From: Carcharhinus amblyrhynchos
Lineage: Eukaryota
Direction of reading: 5' to 3'
NCBI GenBank assembly: GCA_965287045.1
Contig: OZ336881.1
Location: forward strand, 46,376,001-46,440,000
Length of the DNA: 64,000 nucleotides
Part shown: in pieces, positions 12,836-26,085 of the stretch
Layout: every line of letters begins with the position of its first letter
Position numbering within the stretch: position 1 is the first letter of the stretch
Notes under the pieces: model-generated
Told to the model about the DNA's origin: nothing
Seen by the model: only the letters and a program-made list of their open reading frames with translations
Databases searched by the model: none
Translations under genes and position numbers: made by a program

Positions 12836-13636
12836 ATAGATACAAATGTGAGGTAATGCATTTTGGATGGTCTAATAAAGATAGGGAATATACAGTAAAT
12901 GGCAGAGCCCCTAAGAGTATTGATATACAGAAGGATCTGGGTGTACAAGTAGACAGGTCACTGAAAGTGGCAACACAGGTGGAGAAGGAAGTCAAGAAGG
13001 CATATGGCATGCTCTTCATCGGCCGGGGCATTGAGTTTAAAAATTGACAAGTCAAGTTGCAGCTTTATAGAACTTTAGTTAGGCTGCGCTTGGAATATAA
13101 TGTTCAATTCTGGCCGCCACACGACCAGAAGATGTGGAGATTTTAGAGATGGTACAGAAAAGATTTACCAGGATATTGCCTGATATGGAAGGCATTAGCT
13201 GTGAGGAGAGGTTGGAGAAACTTAGTTTGTTCTCACTGGAATGACGGAGGTTGAGGGGCAACCTGATAGAAGTCTACAAGATTATAAGGGGCATGGACAG
13301 AGTGGATAGTCAGAAGCATTTTCCCAGGGTGGAAGAGTCAATTACTAGGAGGCATAGATTTAAGTTGCTGGGACAAGGTTTAAAGGAGATGTATGGGGCA
13401 AGTTTTTTTACACTGAGGGGTGTGGGTGCCTGAAACTCGCTGCCGGGAGAGGTGGTGGAAGCAGATACGATAATGAGTTTTAATGGGCATCTGGACAAAT
13501 ACATGAATAGGATAGGAATGGAGGGATATGATCTCCAGAAGGGTAGAGGGTTTTAGTTCAGTCAGGCAGCATGGTCGGTGCAGGCTTGGAGGGCCAAAGG
13601 GCCTGTTCCTGTGCTGTAATTTTCTTTGTTCTTTGA
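12836..13636 (+). mobile_element. CR1 LINE 3' fragment
   Basis: ORF pieces MHFG...QKDLGVQVDRSLKVATQVEK and RGNLIEVYKIIRGMDRVD; 3' tail cctgttcctgtgctgtaattttctttgttctttg. Confidence 0.9.
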
Positions 13637-13644
13637 CCCTTATT

Positions 13645-14417
13645 CATAGACATTTACAGCACAGAAGGAGGCCATTTAGCCCATCATGTCCATGCTGGTC
13701 AACTGAAATCTGACTGAACTAATCCATTTTTTAGTGCTTGGTCGATCGCCCGAGAGGTTATGGCAGTGCAAGTGAATATCTAAATACAAGTGTTTCTGAC
13801 TCACCCATCCTTTCAGGCAGTGAACTCCAGACTCCCACTATCCTCAGGGTGAAAAAAGCTTCTCCTCAACTACCGTCATATACTTTTACCTCTTACCATA
13901 AATCTATGGCCTCTGGTTATTGATCTCTCTACTAATACAAAAAAGTGCCTTCCTAACCACCCTATCTACGCTCCTCAAAATCTTATTTGGTCTCCTCTTA
14001 ACCTTTGCTGCTGAAGGAAAACAGCCCCAGCCTATCCAATCTCTCCTCATAGCTCACAACCTCCAACCCAGACAGTGTCCAGTAAATCTCCACTGCAATC
14101 ACACCCTCCCTATAATGTGGTGAGCAGAATGGCACGCAATACTCCAGTTCTGATCTAACCAGCAATTTATACAGTTCCAGCATGACCTCCCTGCCTCAGC
14201 TAATAAAGTCATACATCTCATATGCCTTCTTAACCACCTGCCCTGCCATCTTCAGGGATCTGTAGATATGCACTCCAAGGTCCCTCTGATCTTCAGTAAT
14301 TCCTGGGGTCCTGTCATTCATAATCTGATTCTTTGCCGTGTTTGCCTTCTGCAAGTGCCTTACTGCACACTTTTCTGAGTTGAATTCCATTTGCTTCTCC
14401 TCTGCCCACCTGACCAG
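13645..14417 (-). mobile_element. CR1 LINE, 3' part (split by Penelope insertion)
   Basis: Minus-strand ORF pieces LELYKLLVRSELEYCVPFCSPHY, SYEERLDRLGLFS, QMEFNSEKC, QRDLGVHIYRSLK. Confidence 0.88.
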
Positions 14418-16796
14418 GGTGTGGAGATGCCGGCATTGAACTGGGGTAAGCACAGTAACAAGTCTCACAACACCAGGTTAAAGTCCAACAGGTTTATTTG
14501 GTAGCACAAGCCACAAGCTTTCAGAGCACTGCCCCTTCATCAGGTTTGTGGGAGCTCTGTTCACAAACAGGGCGTATAAAGACACAAACTCAATTTACAA
14601 AATAAAGGTTGGAATGCGAGTCTTTACAGGTAATTAAGTCTTTACAGGTACAGATAATGTGAGTGGAAAGAGGGCTGAGCATAGGTTAAAGAGATGTGTA
14701 TTGTCTCCAGCCAGGATACTTAGTGAAATTTTGCAAGCCCAGGCAAGTCGTGGGGGTCACAGATAGTGTGACACGAGCCCAAGATTCCAGTTGAGGCTGC
14801 CATGTGCGGAACTTGGCTATCAGTCTCTGCTCAGCGACTCTGCACTGTCGTGTGTCATGAAGGCCACCTTACAGAACACTTACCCGAAGCTCAGACGCCA
14901 AATGCCCATGACCTCTGAAGCGTTCCCCAACAGGAAGAGAACAGTCTTGCCTGGTGATTGTTGACTGGTGTTCATTCATCCGTTATCGTAGCGTCTGCAT
15001 GGTCTCCCCAATGTACCGTGCCTCGGGACATCCTTTCCTGCAACGTATCAAGTAGACAACATTGGCCGAGTTGCAAGTGTATGTACCTTGTACCTGGTGG
15101 ATGGTGTTCTCATGTGAGACGATAGCATCTGTGTCCATGATCCAGCACGTCTTGCAGAGGTTGCTGTGACAGAGTTGTGGTCACTGTTCTCCTGAAGACT
15201 GCATAATTTGTTGCAGACAATGGTCAGTTTGAGGTTGTGAGGTTGTTTGAAGGCAAGAAGTGGGGGTATAGAGATGGCCTTGGTGCGATGTTCATCTTCA
15301 GTGATGACATGTTGAAGACTCTGGAGAAGGTGTCATAGCTTCTCTACTCTGGGGAAGTACTGGACGACGAAGGGTACTCTGTCCACCGTGTCCCGTGTTT
15401 GCCTTCTGAGGAGGTCAGTGCGGTTTTTCGCTGTGACATGTTGGAACTGTTGATCGATGAGTCGAGCACCATACCCTGTTCTTATGAGGGCACCTTTCAG
15501 CATCAGGAGGTGTCTGTTGCAATCCTCCTCATCTGAGCAGATCCTGTATATACGAGGGCTTGTCCGTAGAGAATGGTTTCTTTAATGTGTTTAGGGTGGA
15601 AGCTGGAGAAGTGGAGCATCGTGAGGTTATCCATGGGCTTGTGGTACAGTGAACTGCTGAGGTGACCATCCTTGATGGAGATGCATGTGTCCAAGAATGC
15701 AACCGATTCTGGACTGTAGTCCATGGTGAATCTGATGGTGGGATGGAAGTTGTTGATATTGTCATATAGTTGTTTCAGTGATTGTTTACCATGAGTCCAA
15801 AGGAAGAAAATGTCATCGATGTATCTAATGTATAGCATCAGTTGAAGGCCCTGTGTGGTGGAGAGGTCTTGTTTGAATCAGTGCGTGAAGATGTTGGCAT
15901 ATTGAGGTGCGAATTTGGTCCCCATAGCTGTTCTGTGTATATGGATGAAGAACAGGTTGTTGAAAGTGAAGCCATTGTGGTCCAGGATGAAGTGGATGAG
16001 TTGTAAAATTGCATCTGGAAAATAACAGTTGTCGGCGTTGAGTACTGAGGCAGTTGCAACAATGCCATCATTGTGGGAGATGCTGGTGTAGAGTACCGAG
16101 ACACCCATTGTGACGAAGAGTGCTCCTGGTTCAACTGCTACATGTGTGCTGAGGTAGGAAGTCCGCAGTGTCATGACAAAAGCTGGGGGTTCTTTATACA
16201 ATGGATTTCAGCATGCCCTCGACTTAGCGGAGAGGTTCTTGCACGAGTCCCATTGCCAGATACGATGGGACGGCCGGGTGTGTTGGCCTTGTGTATCTTC
16301 AGGAGGTAGTAGAGACCTCCAATGCAGGGAGTACATGTGATGAGTGCATGAAGGGTGCTCTGAAGGTCTGGATCAAAGGTCTTGATCAGAGTGTTGAGTT
16401 GACGGGTGTGTTCTTTGGTCGGATCTGCAGGTAACTGTCTGTAGTGTTCCTTGTTGTTCAATTGTTGGTCCATGTCTTTGCAGTAATCTGTTCTGTTCAG
16501 TATGACGATGGCCCTTTCCTTTGTCTGCTGGTTTGATGACAATGTTGCAGTTGGTCTTGAGAGCATGAATGGTGTTGCATTGTGCTTGGGTGACATTTGG
16601 GGCTGTCTTATGATGTGGCTGATGAATCTTGCATTGACGCACCTCCTGATGGCTTGGGCAAACATGTCAAGTCAAGGGCCTTCCAGAGGAGTCCAATTCG
16701 ACTCTTTCCTCTTTGGTTGCTGCACCGCCGATCTCTCTCTCTTGGAGTTCCGGTTCATTGGCTGTCTCATTGTGTTCGCTGTTGGCCTCTGTTGGG
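14418..16796 (-). mobile_element. Penelope-like retroelement (RT + GIY-YIG endonuclease), 5'-truncated, frameshifted
   Basis: PLE RT motifs NIVIKPADKG, PGRPIVSGNG, TAMGTKFAPQYANIF and RYIDDIFFLWTHG. GIY-YIG region TCNSANVVYLIRC...YIGETMQTLR*RMNEH at about 14963-15097 (manual translation). Hammerhead-bearing 3' terminus at about 14420-14560. Confidence 0.92.
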
Positions 16797-18010
16797 CCTG
16801 ACTGGTCCATTGATATCCTGCAGTCTATGGACTCACTATCTACCACCCTACCAATTTTTGTGTCATCCTTGAATCATTTGATCATACCCCATACTTTAAG
16901 TCTAAATCATTGATGTATACCATAAACAGTGAGGGCGTCAGTACCAAGCCCTGCAAAATCTTACTCGAAACAGATATTCAATCACAGAAATATCCCTCTA
17001 CCATCATTTTCTGCTTCCTGTTTCTCAGTCAATTTTGGATCCAATGTGCTGATTTGCCTTGGATCCCTTGGGACCTTACTTTCTTGACATGAGGAACTTG
17101 ATAAAAAGCCTTGCTGAAGCCCATTCAGAACCACAGTAAATGCATTAGCGTCATCAACACTCCTGATTATCTCCTCAAAAAATTGATTAAATTTGTCAAA
17201 CGCAACTCCCCTTAACAAATCTACGCTGACTATCCCTGATTAATCTGTGACTATCCAAGTACAGAAATATTCTGTTCCTCAGAATTCTTTCTCATTACTT
17301 CCCCACAAGTTAGAAAGACTGGACTATAATTTCCTAATCTATCCCTATCTCCCTTTTTTAATAATGGGACAATGTTAGCTGTCCTCCAGTCCTCTAGCAT
17401 GTTATCTGTGCTAGAGAGATTCTGAAAATTAATCCCAGTGCCTCTGATATATCCTCCCTTGCCTCCCTCAACAGCCTGGGATACATCTAACCTGTACCTG
17501 CAGACTTATCCAGGCTGCTTAACCTGTTAGTACCTCCTCACTCTCTATGTTAATTTCCTCTAATATTTCACAGTCCTTCATCCTGATGTCGACACCTATG
17601 TTGTCCTTCTGCATTGTGAAGACTGGCGCAAAGTTTTCATTGAGGACTGTACCTACATTTTCCAGGTACACACACAAATTGCTTATATGGTCCATAATTT
17701 ACCCTATTCTTTCACTAGATATCTTTCTGCTCTTCATGTATTAAACAAACCCTTCTTGTTTTCATTTATTCTGTCTGCGAAATCTTTTTCATGCACTGTG
17801 TTAGCTTTCCTAATTTCCCCCTGCACTTATTATACCCCTTGAGGGACCTGCCATATTGAATCCTTGGTAGCTTTTTTTCTTAATCCTCAGCTTTATGTCC
17901 CTTGAAATCCAGTGTTCTCTGGTCTTGGTTTCACCTTTTACCTTTATAGGACATATCTGCCCTGCACTCTGGCTATCTCCCCCTTGAAGGCCTCCCAAGG
18001 CTCTGATACT
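16797..18010 (-). mobile_element. CR1 LINE, 5' continuation of the element at 13645-14417
   Basis: Decayed CR1 RT on the minus strand (FFEEIIRSVDD.NA, D/FSKAF-like); sequence joins colinearly across the Penelope (cccacctgaccag|tccattgatatcc). Confidence 0.8.
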
Positions 18011-18479
18011 TATATGGATATTTAACATACATATGTTAAATTTGTCATTATCTTAATAAATATCTTAATAAGATTTATAAAAGTAAATTAACATTTTCTT
18101 TGAGATAGAGGTGATAATTTTGAAAAGTGCATGATAATGTGTTTGTGTAATAACATTATGCAGTATTGTTTCCAAGTTTTCATTGACTGTAAAAGAATAT
18201 AACTTGTTTTATTGTAATTGTGAACATCATTACATCAGTTCACTACAAATTAGAAACTCTGCCTTGCAGACTGACTTATTTGTTCAGTGTGGATCTTAAG
18301 TGGTTGCTCCTGAACAGCAATATCAATACCTTAGGGGATATCTTTAAATCTTCGCACTCAAACTGATGCATCATCACATCTTCCTTCCCTTGAAACAAAT
18401 ATATGTTTCAGCCTGCAGGGAAGGATGATTCATGCCCTTACTTAATACACCTCAAGTGCGAAGGTTTTAATTGGTGTTG

Positions 18480-19430
18480 GAAAGCAGAGGGACCTTGAAT
18501 CTCAGACAGATAGGTCATTAAAGATGGCAGTACAAGTAGTTCAGGCCATAAAAAGAAAAACAGAACTTTTGGTTTGTATCTAGAGGCATGGAAGACAAAA
18601 TTAGGGAGGTAATGTTGAATACGTACAACATCTTAATTAGCTACAGTTGAAATATTGTTTAATTTTAGGCATCCCATTAGAAGACATAAAAGTTTTTGAA
18701 ATAGTTGAATGTAATTTTGCAACAATGTGTTTAGGTTTGAGGGAATACTGTTCTAAGAAATATTTGGGAAGTTGGAGCTTTTACATTGGAGCTGAGAATG
18801 TTGAGGTGACGTGATAGAAGTTTCAGAATTCCATATTGTCACGACAAGGTAAATGATAATAGATTATGTTCACTAGTTGGTGACAGCAGAACTAGAAGGC
18901 ACAAATTTAAATTAAACACAAAAATCATTTAAAAGTTTTTTATGGAGATGGTGGTTAAAGCATGGAACTGATTAATATACTGATGCAGAGTCCACAAATT
19001 ATTTCCAGAGGGATTCAGATAGTTTGGCAAACAAAAGTGTTGCAAGAAAATAAAAACAGAAAGTGCTGGAAAAACCTGGCAGGCCTGGCAATATCTGTGG
19101 AGAGAAAAACAAAGTTAACATTTCGAGTCCGTATGACACTTCTTCGGAACTCTTAATAATCCCTCTCTTCCAAAGAAGAGTCGTATTGGACTCAAAATGT
19201 TATCTCTGATTTCTCTCCCTCCAGGTGCTGTCAGACCTGCTGAGTTTTTCCAGCACTTTCTGTTTTTATTTCAGATTTCTAGCATCTGCAGCAATCTGCT
19301 TTTAAAGCTCTTGAGAGGAATGGGCAGGGAAGAATGGGATTAGACTTGATTCCTCCTGGAGAAGAACATTGGGGCGAATTTACTGAGCTGAATGGTCTGT
19401 TTCTGTTCTGTAATCTTTTGTAATTCCATT
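18480..19430 (+). mobile_element. Old CR1 3' fragment interrupted by a palindromic Penelope-type mini-element
   Basis: Decayed cagagggacctt..., gaggtgacgtgatagaagt and tail aatggtctgtttctgttctgtaatc. Confidence 0.6.
19047..19303. mobile_element. Palindromic Penelope-terminus mini-element (family A)
   Basis: Arms at about 19047-19150 and 19168-19272 are reverse complements (aaataaaaacagaaagtgctggaaaaac / gtttttccagcactttctgtttttattt); each carries a degenerate hammerhead-like core. Confidence 0.7.
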
Positions 19431-20809
19431 TTCATGCAGATACATTATCCATAATTCTGAAATTTACACACATTCGAATAGATAATTTCATTAATTCATG
19501 AAAACAAAGATCATCTATCTCTATATTGATGGACATAGCAACTTTATTGTTTTAAGCAAGCCTTTCTGGAACTTAGTAATTGGATCCTTAAATACTTGAA
19601 TTAATAATCCTCTTTTATGTTTGGCCCAAGCAGTGAGCCCAGCCTTGGCCCACTAATTGGCTATTCAAGCAGCTTATCTTGCCACTCAGTACTTTGCACA
19701 GGGCACAGGTAGGCTTTAGCTGCATAGGCTGGTGTTAGCCAAGGGGTGGGAGGCCTTCTTTATGGATCCCCTTGTCCATTGGAGCCACCACCTCCGCATT
19801 GTCATTCCCTATCCTGCTTAACCTTCCTCCTGCTCTCTTGAACCCAGCCCCAACTGAGCCAAATCCCCTTGCTGAGATCCCCCAGCCCTCGATTTCCCTG
19901 GGCTCCTCTGCGTGATGGAATTATCTTTGGTCCCGGCAGTGGCCACCTCTCCCACCTGGTATTGCTTCGATTACAGAACTGCCTGCCATCTGATTGGCCG
20001 GCAGGTCTCTAAACTGGGACTTCCTGTCGAGAAAGGGGCAGAAGTCTCACCTTAACACATTTTATGATGCTTCCCAGCATTAAATTGCTGTGGGGCAGCT
20101 TTAGGAATCATGGGCACGCTCTCCCTCCCTAATGTTTTCACCAGTGGGGCAAGGACTGCAGCAGCTCATAAAAATCCAGCCCCTAATTTCTGTCAGTTAG
20201 AAATCCCCATCTGAAATAGTCTGTTTCAGATGGGAATGTATTGAAGTTGGGTTAAAGTGTGTCATTACAATGCTGACACCATTTTCTGGTCTTGTGGTCT
20301 AATTAGTGCCACTTCTCATTCTGCCCACCAACCATGAGCAGTTCAAGTCCTTGAAAATCACTTCAGATGTTATTTCAAGGGATCTTCAGCTGTTCACAAG
20401 TAAAGCATTATGGAGCTATTGGAGACATTTTGCTTGCAGGAGCCAGTGGGTGTTTTGACCTTAAAAGATTTGAAAGTGCTTATTGTTGCTATTGTATGTT
20501 GTGAATTGCTAAGAAGCTAATGGTATTGAGGTTGCTTCGCGATGGGGATTCTTCGTGGAATCTGAATCTGAGAAGAGGAAAAACAAAGAAGAGTTTCAGG
20601 TTGAGTATTCTGGTGGCTTCAAGGGCTTTCTGCAGTGCAGCATCATGATTGTTTTTATGCAGTTATGTAATTTACTGATAACATTCTTAATGTACTCATA
20701 TGATATATGGTTGTAGGAAAGAAATTTGTTTGAAAGTAATTCTAAAGTTTATTTTTTATGAATTCTTCAGGTATGGGCATTGCTGGCATCTATCTCTTAT
20801 TCTTTGTGG

Positions 20810-21180
20810 ATGGTGGGTCTTCTTGAGGTTGTGGGAGGGGGTTTCAGAGCATGGGGTCTGAATGTGCTACCACCAATGGTGGAGGCCACTTGCATTGGGG
20901 GATGTGCCGGTATCATGGAGGGTTGTGGGGCTCGAGGATATCACAGAGACAGGGGTGATAAAGATCCAGGTGAGATTTGAAAACAAGGATGAGAGTTTTA
21001 AAATCAAGGTGTTGCTTAACAAGGAGCCACTGTAAGTCAGTGAGCACAGGTGTAATAGGTAAGTTATACTTGGTGTAAATAAGAAGTTTAAATGACCTCC
21101 AGTTTACAAAGGGTGAAATGTGGGAGGCTGGCCAGGAGTGCATTGAAATAGTCAACAAAGGCATTGATGAATGTTTCAGC
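20810..21180 (-). mobile_element. L2 LINE ORF2 C-terminal fragment
   Basis: ORF 20913-21341 contains PITPVLTDLQWLLVKQHLDFKTLILVFKS, the L2 'HITP.L..LHWLPV..RI.FK' motif; it continues after the CR1 at about 22040-22170. Confidence 0.8.
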
Positions 21181-21204
21181 AAAAATGACTTGGTTAACAG
21201 TGAG

Positions 21205-22040
21205 ATTGAATGTCTTGGGTTACAGGCAAGATGGTGAAATGGGAGGATAAGTGGCAGGTGGAATTTAACCCTGAAAAGTGTGAGGTGATGCACTATGGAA
21301 GAAGTAATTTGACAAGGAATATAATATGAAAGGTCTGACACAGGGAAGTTCCGAAGAACAAAGGGACCTCGGCATGTTTGTCCATAGATCTCTGAAGGCG
21401 GAAAGACAGTTTAATAGGGTTGTGAAAAAGGCATATGGCACACTTCCTTTATCAATTGGGGTATATGGAACTTTGGTGAGGCCATAGCTAGAGTACTATG
21501 TGCAGTTCTGGTTGACACATTATAGGAAGGACATGAACACGCTGGAGGAGGTGCAGAGGAGATTCACCAGGATGCTGCCTGGGATGGAATATTTAAGTTA
21601 TAAAGAGAGGGTGGATAAGCTTGGGTTGTTTTCTCTGGAGCAGAGAAGACTGAGGGGTAACCTGATTGAGGTGCTCAAGATTATGAGAGCATGGACAGGA
21701 TGCATAGGGAACAGCTGTACCTGTTAGTTGAAGGGTCAGTTACAAAGGGGCACAAGTTAAAAGTGAGGGGTGGGAGGTTTAATGGAGATTTGAGGAAAAA
21801 TGTTTTTACTCAGAGGGTGATGAAGGTCTTGAATGCACTGTCTGGTGGGGTGGTAGAGGTGGGATGTCTCACATCCTTTAAAAAGTACCTGTTTGAGCAC
21901 TTGACATGCCATGACATTCAAGGTTATGGGCCAAGTGCTAGCAAGTGGAATTAGGTGGGCAGGTCATGGTTTTTCATGCGTCAGTGCAGACTCAATGGGC
22001 CAAAGGATTTCTTCTGCACTGTAAGATTCTGTGATTCTGA
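21205..22040 (+). mobile_element. CR1 LINE 3' fragment inserted into L2
   Basis: ORF pieces QFWLTHYRKDMNTLEEVQRRFTRMLPGM and GHKLKVRGGRFNGDLRKNVFTQRV; tail ttctgcactgtaagattctgtgattctga. Confidence 0.9.
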
Positions 22041-23089
22041 ACTGAGGAACTGGGGAATTTTTCAGAGGTGGAAAAATATGGTCTAAATGATGGCATAGAT
22101 ATCGTGTTAGAAGCTCTTCTTTGGGCTAAATATGACATTGAGGTTGTGAGCAGTTTAATTCAGCCTCAGAATGTTACATAGAAGGAATTAGAAAAAAATA
22201 CCAAAAGCTTAGTTTTAAAAAAAGAACTTTAAGGAACAAACTAGAGAGCTCCAGGAGTTTAGTTGGAGAGTTTCAATCATGCTAAAATGGGGTGATTCTT
22301 ATTTTATTGTTCATGACACTCTTAACTTTCATCAAAATTCTTCTAGAGCAGATCTAATTGGGAATAATCTGCTTATTAAATACCCTTCCTGTCTGGTTCA
22401 CTAATCTTACATTGTCTGCTTCCCTAAAGCAACAGTACCAAAAACATTGGCACTCTCAACTACATCCAAAGAGAAGAGCTTCATCATTGTAAGATAAAGT
22501 CAAAATAATTTTAATTTGCTGAGGCAGTGTAATTGTGTACAATCATAGGTCTGTGCGCTGTCCTCTCCAGTTCAACTCCACTTTGACAACTGAATACTGG
22601 TAGTTAGTAACTATTTCAACATCCACATCGTGAATCTTCACAGAACAAGATCACTCATTGGCCTTTTCCTAAAAATACATCAAATTATTTTGGTTTGTTT
22701 TGGTTAAATCTCATATATTGAGGGACTTGGAGCCAATACAAGTTGGGGAACAGGGATGATGATTAAGTGAAACTTCGAGTAGGGCAGGATTTGTAGGGTT
22801 ACATCATTGGATAAGTTTGAATTTGTGAAGAATGTGGATTAAAGATGAGAAAGTGGGGGAGGGGCATTAGAATAATTAAGCTGAATTTTTTCAGGACCCC
22901 TAAGATTGGGAACCAAAGTAGGAGGTGCTCAAAAATACCACCAACCAGCTTGTCAGCTTCATGCCACAGCAGCAGCGACATTCATCAGGATTGGGAGGAT
23001 GGAAGGAGCATCAATCTAATTTCCCTCCTGATAAAGGCCAACTAAATCAATTAAACAGTTTTTTAAGACCTTCTTAGAAGGGAAGGTTT

Positions 23090-24150
23090 GAATTTTGAAG
23101 GGAGTGTAATAGTTTCATGTTGCTGACCAACTGAAGGGAGGCAGAGCATGCAGTCCCGCATCATTACAGAGCGCAAAATCTGACGGTCTTGCCTCTTTGC
23201 CAACTGCAGACTTCCTTTGGACAGGTGGCTCCCATATTGTAATTACCAACCTTTCTCCTTGATCATCATCTGCGTTGCCCAAATGATGATGATTCCATTT
23301 GATGCCCGAGTGTAGAGTGTCCATTTTTCTCACTACCCACACCTTCTTCCCAAAGGCTGACACTTCCTTTACCACGATGACTTGCTTATGGGTAAATGGT
23401 GATTCAATGTAGTGATCATGACAGGTCCCCCATTCTGTGTCAACCTCCCTTCAGCAGCTCAGCAACAGACAGTGCCACAAATCTGGATAACAAAGAAATT
23501 GAGTGAGGGGATCACTTTGTCAAATCCATAGAGATGAGCAGTTTGATTGTGAGTTTTGCAAATGATTTCACTTGTAATTTGACCAGGACTGTCCTAGTGC
23601 TTTGGTCTTCGGGCATGGGATCTGGGTTGGAAATGTTTCCAATACTCAAACAAGAAGTTTGACAGAGATAGGCAAGGCACCTGAATGTATTGACACATTC
23701 AAGAACCTAAGGGAGGAGACGAAAGTTGCAGATTGGATTGTAGTTCGAAAGAACTATTTGATGGATGATGGGTGATTTGTGGAGGGGAGATTACATAGAT
23801 TTCAAAAAAGGGATGGTACGCAGGAACATGCAACTATTAATAATGTCCATTTGTATGAAGAGATGTCAAGTGGGCACAGTCAGTCTGAGATCAAGTGGGC
23901 AGGAGTCTTGTGTGGAGATTAGTGAGAGACCTAATAAAAGATGAGAGAAAACTGTACTGTCCTGGCTACCAAGATGGAGTGAGTGAGAAATAGAGGGAAT
24001 AGGATGGGAAGGTCATGGCAGAGGGAGTGATGTTGGAAGTCTTAATATTAAAGACAAAATATCTACGAGCTCTTTGTTCTTAGTAATGGAGAGTGTGGAA
24101 TAAAAGATTTGAGGAGGCAGTTAGATATGGAGAAAAGGAGCTGTGGTTGG
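23090..24150 (-). mobile_element. Highly decayed L2 RT fragments
   Basis: Reverse complement near 23700-23745 reads NYNPICNFRLLP*VLE, similar to NYRPISNLPFLSKVLE; purine-rich + strand typical of antisense L2. Confidence 0.5.
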
Positions 24151-25124
24151 TTTTCCTCACCACACATAAAAAAGTACATTAACAATGAACCCATGAGGCA
24201 TCTGGCAAAAAGAGCAAGTGATGCATAGACTGTACCAGGCACAACAAAAATTCCAGGTGTTCCATTTTGGTAAACGATTAGCTTAACCATCCCATGTCTC
24301 AAGTTCTGAAGGGACCCTTGAACTCATTTCCAACTGTACAGATCCTCACCATGTCAGAATCCTTCATTCCCTTAAATGTGTGGCCTGAGCCTTCCAATAA
24401 GCAAGATCTTAACCCTCCTATTAGTAATCACCCACAAGTAGCCCCACCCCAAGTGTGAGGAACGCCACAGAGATGTTGAGGAGCTTGAGAGTTAGGAAGA
24501 ATCATCTATCTGCATGAAACTCTGAGTAACAAAAATGTAAAGTTTTATAATTTTATTTGCTTTTAATCTGAATTTGAAACCTCCAGGCCTGCATCAAGAC
24601 TAAATGTTTCTACAAATTCCTGTGCAACATAGAAATATATCATTCCCTTTATCACTGATTATTGATGATTACACTCTGTTGTTCATCTCTGAGCTTTCGT
24701 TCCATCAGGCTTCATTTGCAATTTGACCTGCAGTGCAACCATACTTTTCAAGTTGGGAAATCTATTATGGTAGCTTATTTGTAAATCTCTGGCAATAGCC
24801 CAATCCTTTAAGTAGCTCTTTCTCTTTCTTATATATTCTATACTCCATGTCCCTTTGATCCTTTATAGCAAAACTCTTTTTGCAAGATAGGGTCTCTCAA
24901 ACATACAAAGATCTAAACTTCACTGAATAGAAGTTGGTGTTGAGATAACTTAAAAGCTTTATGAAGAGTTCTTCTACAGAGTTCTTTATGAAGAGTTTTA
25001 CACTGGTATGCTAGCTTATCTAGTAAGTTGTACCTTAGACCTCTGCAGTTTAGGTCTTCAATTTCTTACAATGTTGTTCAACGTGGCATGTACTTCTCCG
25101 TTTTGTGTGTAGTTTACATAGTAT

Positions 25125-25259
25125 GGCTGGGATTCTCTAATTTTGTTCATCCCACCATTGCTGCCAATGGGAATGGAGAATTTGGTGCTCAGCCAAAACT
25201 CCATTCATTGTAGAGGGTGTGGAGAACCTCAGCTGCAGATGAGATTTGAGAATTCCACC
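25125..25259. mobile_element. About 135-bp Tourist/Harbinger-like MITE
   Basis: Imperfect TIRs ggctgggattctc / gagaattccacc, flanked by tat...tat (3-bp TSD candidate); related copies at about 47180-47321 and 56540-56685. Confidence 0.55.
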
Positions 25260-25699
25260 TATAACTATTTAATGGCAGCATCTAATCTCACTCTCATTTG
25301 TTGAATGTTCCACTACTATTTAGAACGATTCTCTGGTCTTTTCCGTGGCAGGACCCGTTGTGAGTGAGAACGGAAAATTTGGCATTCTATCCTCTCTTAG
25401 TGGCAACAATTAACAAAGACGGAAGGTTTCAGCCTATGTATTTGGTTTTTGCCTGGTTCATAATTTGCAACATTATGTATGATAATTGTTGATGTATCTC
25501 ATGCATGCTTCTTAAAGGCTCAAAAATGTTTAATGTCTTTACACCAATCCACAGTGAAAATTCACATTTCTTTTCTTTTTTTAGCTCCTATTTGATTGTA
25601 CTTTTCTAATCTGACCTATTGTTTTTGCTTTGTTGTTTTGTCGAACCTTATTCCTTGCTTCCTCAGGAGGCCTTCTCTTAAGTAATTATATGTGATTCT

Positions 25700-26085
25700 T
25701 GAACCAGAATGTCGTAGACTGAATCCCACTTCAGGCTGGCATTTGCCTGAGTGAAGAAGTGTTGTACAGTGAGAGATGCCACCATTTAGATGTGCTGCTA
25801 AATTGAGTCCCATCTCCCTGCTCAAGCAGATGTCAAAGATCCCCTGGCACTACTCGGGGGGTATTCTCCGGGTGTCCTTTCCAATATTCTTTCCTCAACA
25901 GCATCAATAACACATCTTTGAGGGATTCATTCATTTAATGTTTGTGAAACATTGCTGTGTGTAATTTGGCTGCTGTATCTGTCTTCCAACAGAATTGAGC
26001 ACACTTTGAAAGTTCAAAGCTGTGAAGCAATTGCATGATATTTTGACATAAAAAGAGTTATATAAATACAAGTCCTTTCTTTTCC
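25700..26085 (+). mobile_element. Deu-domain SINE (SacSINE1/AmnSINE-related), old
   Basis: Deu-like core aaagatcccctggcactactc...ggtgtcctttccaatattctttcctcaac, then tttgtgaaacattgctgtgtgtaatttggctgctg and an L2-like tail tatataaatacaagtcctttc. Confidence 0.65.
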
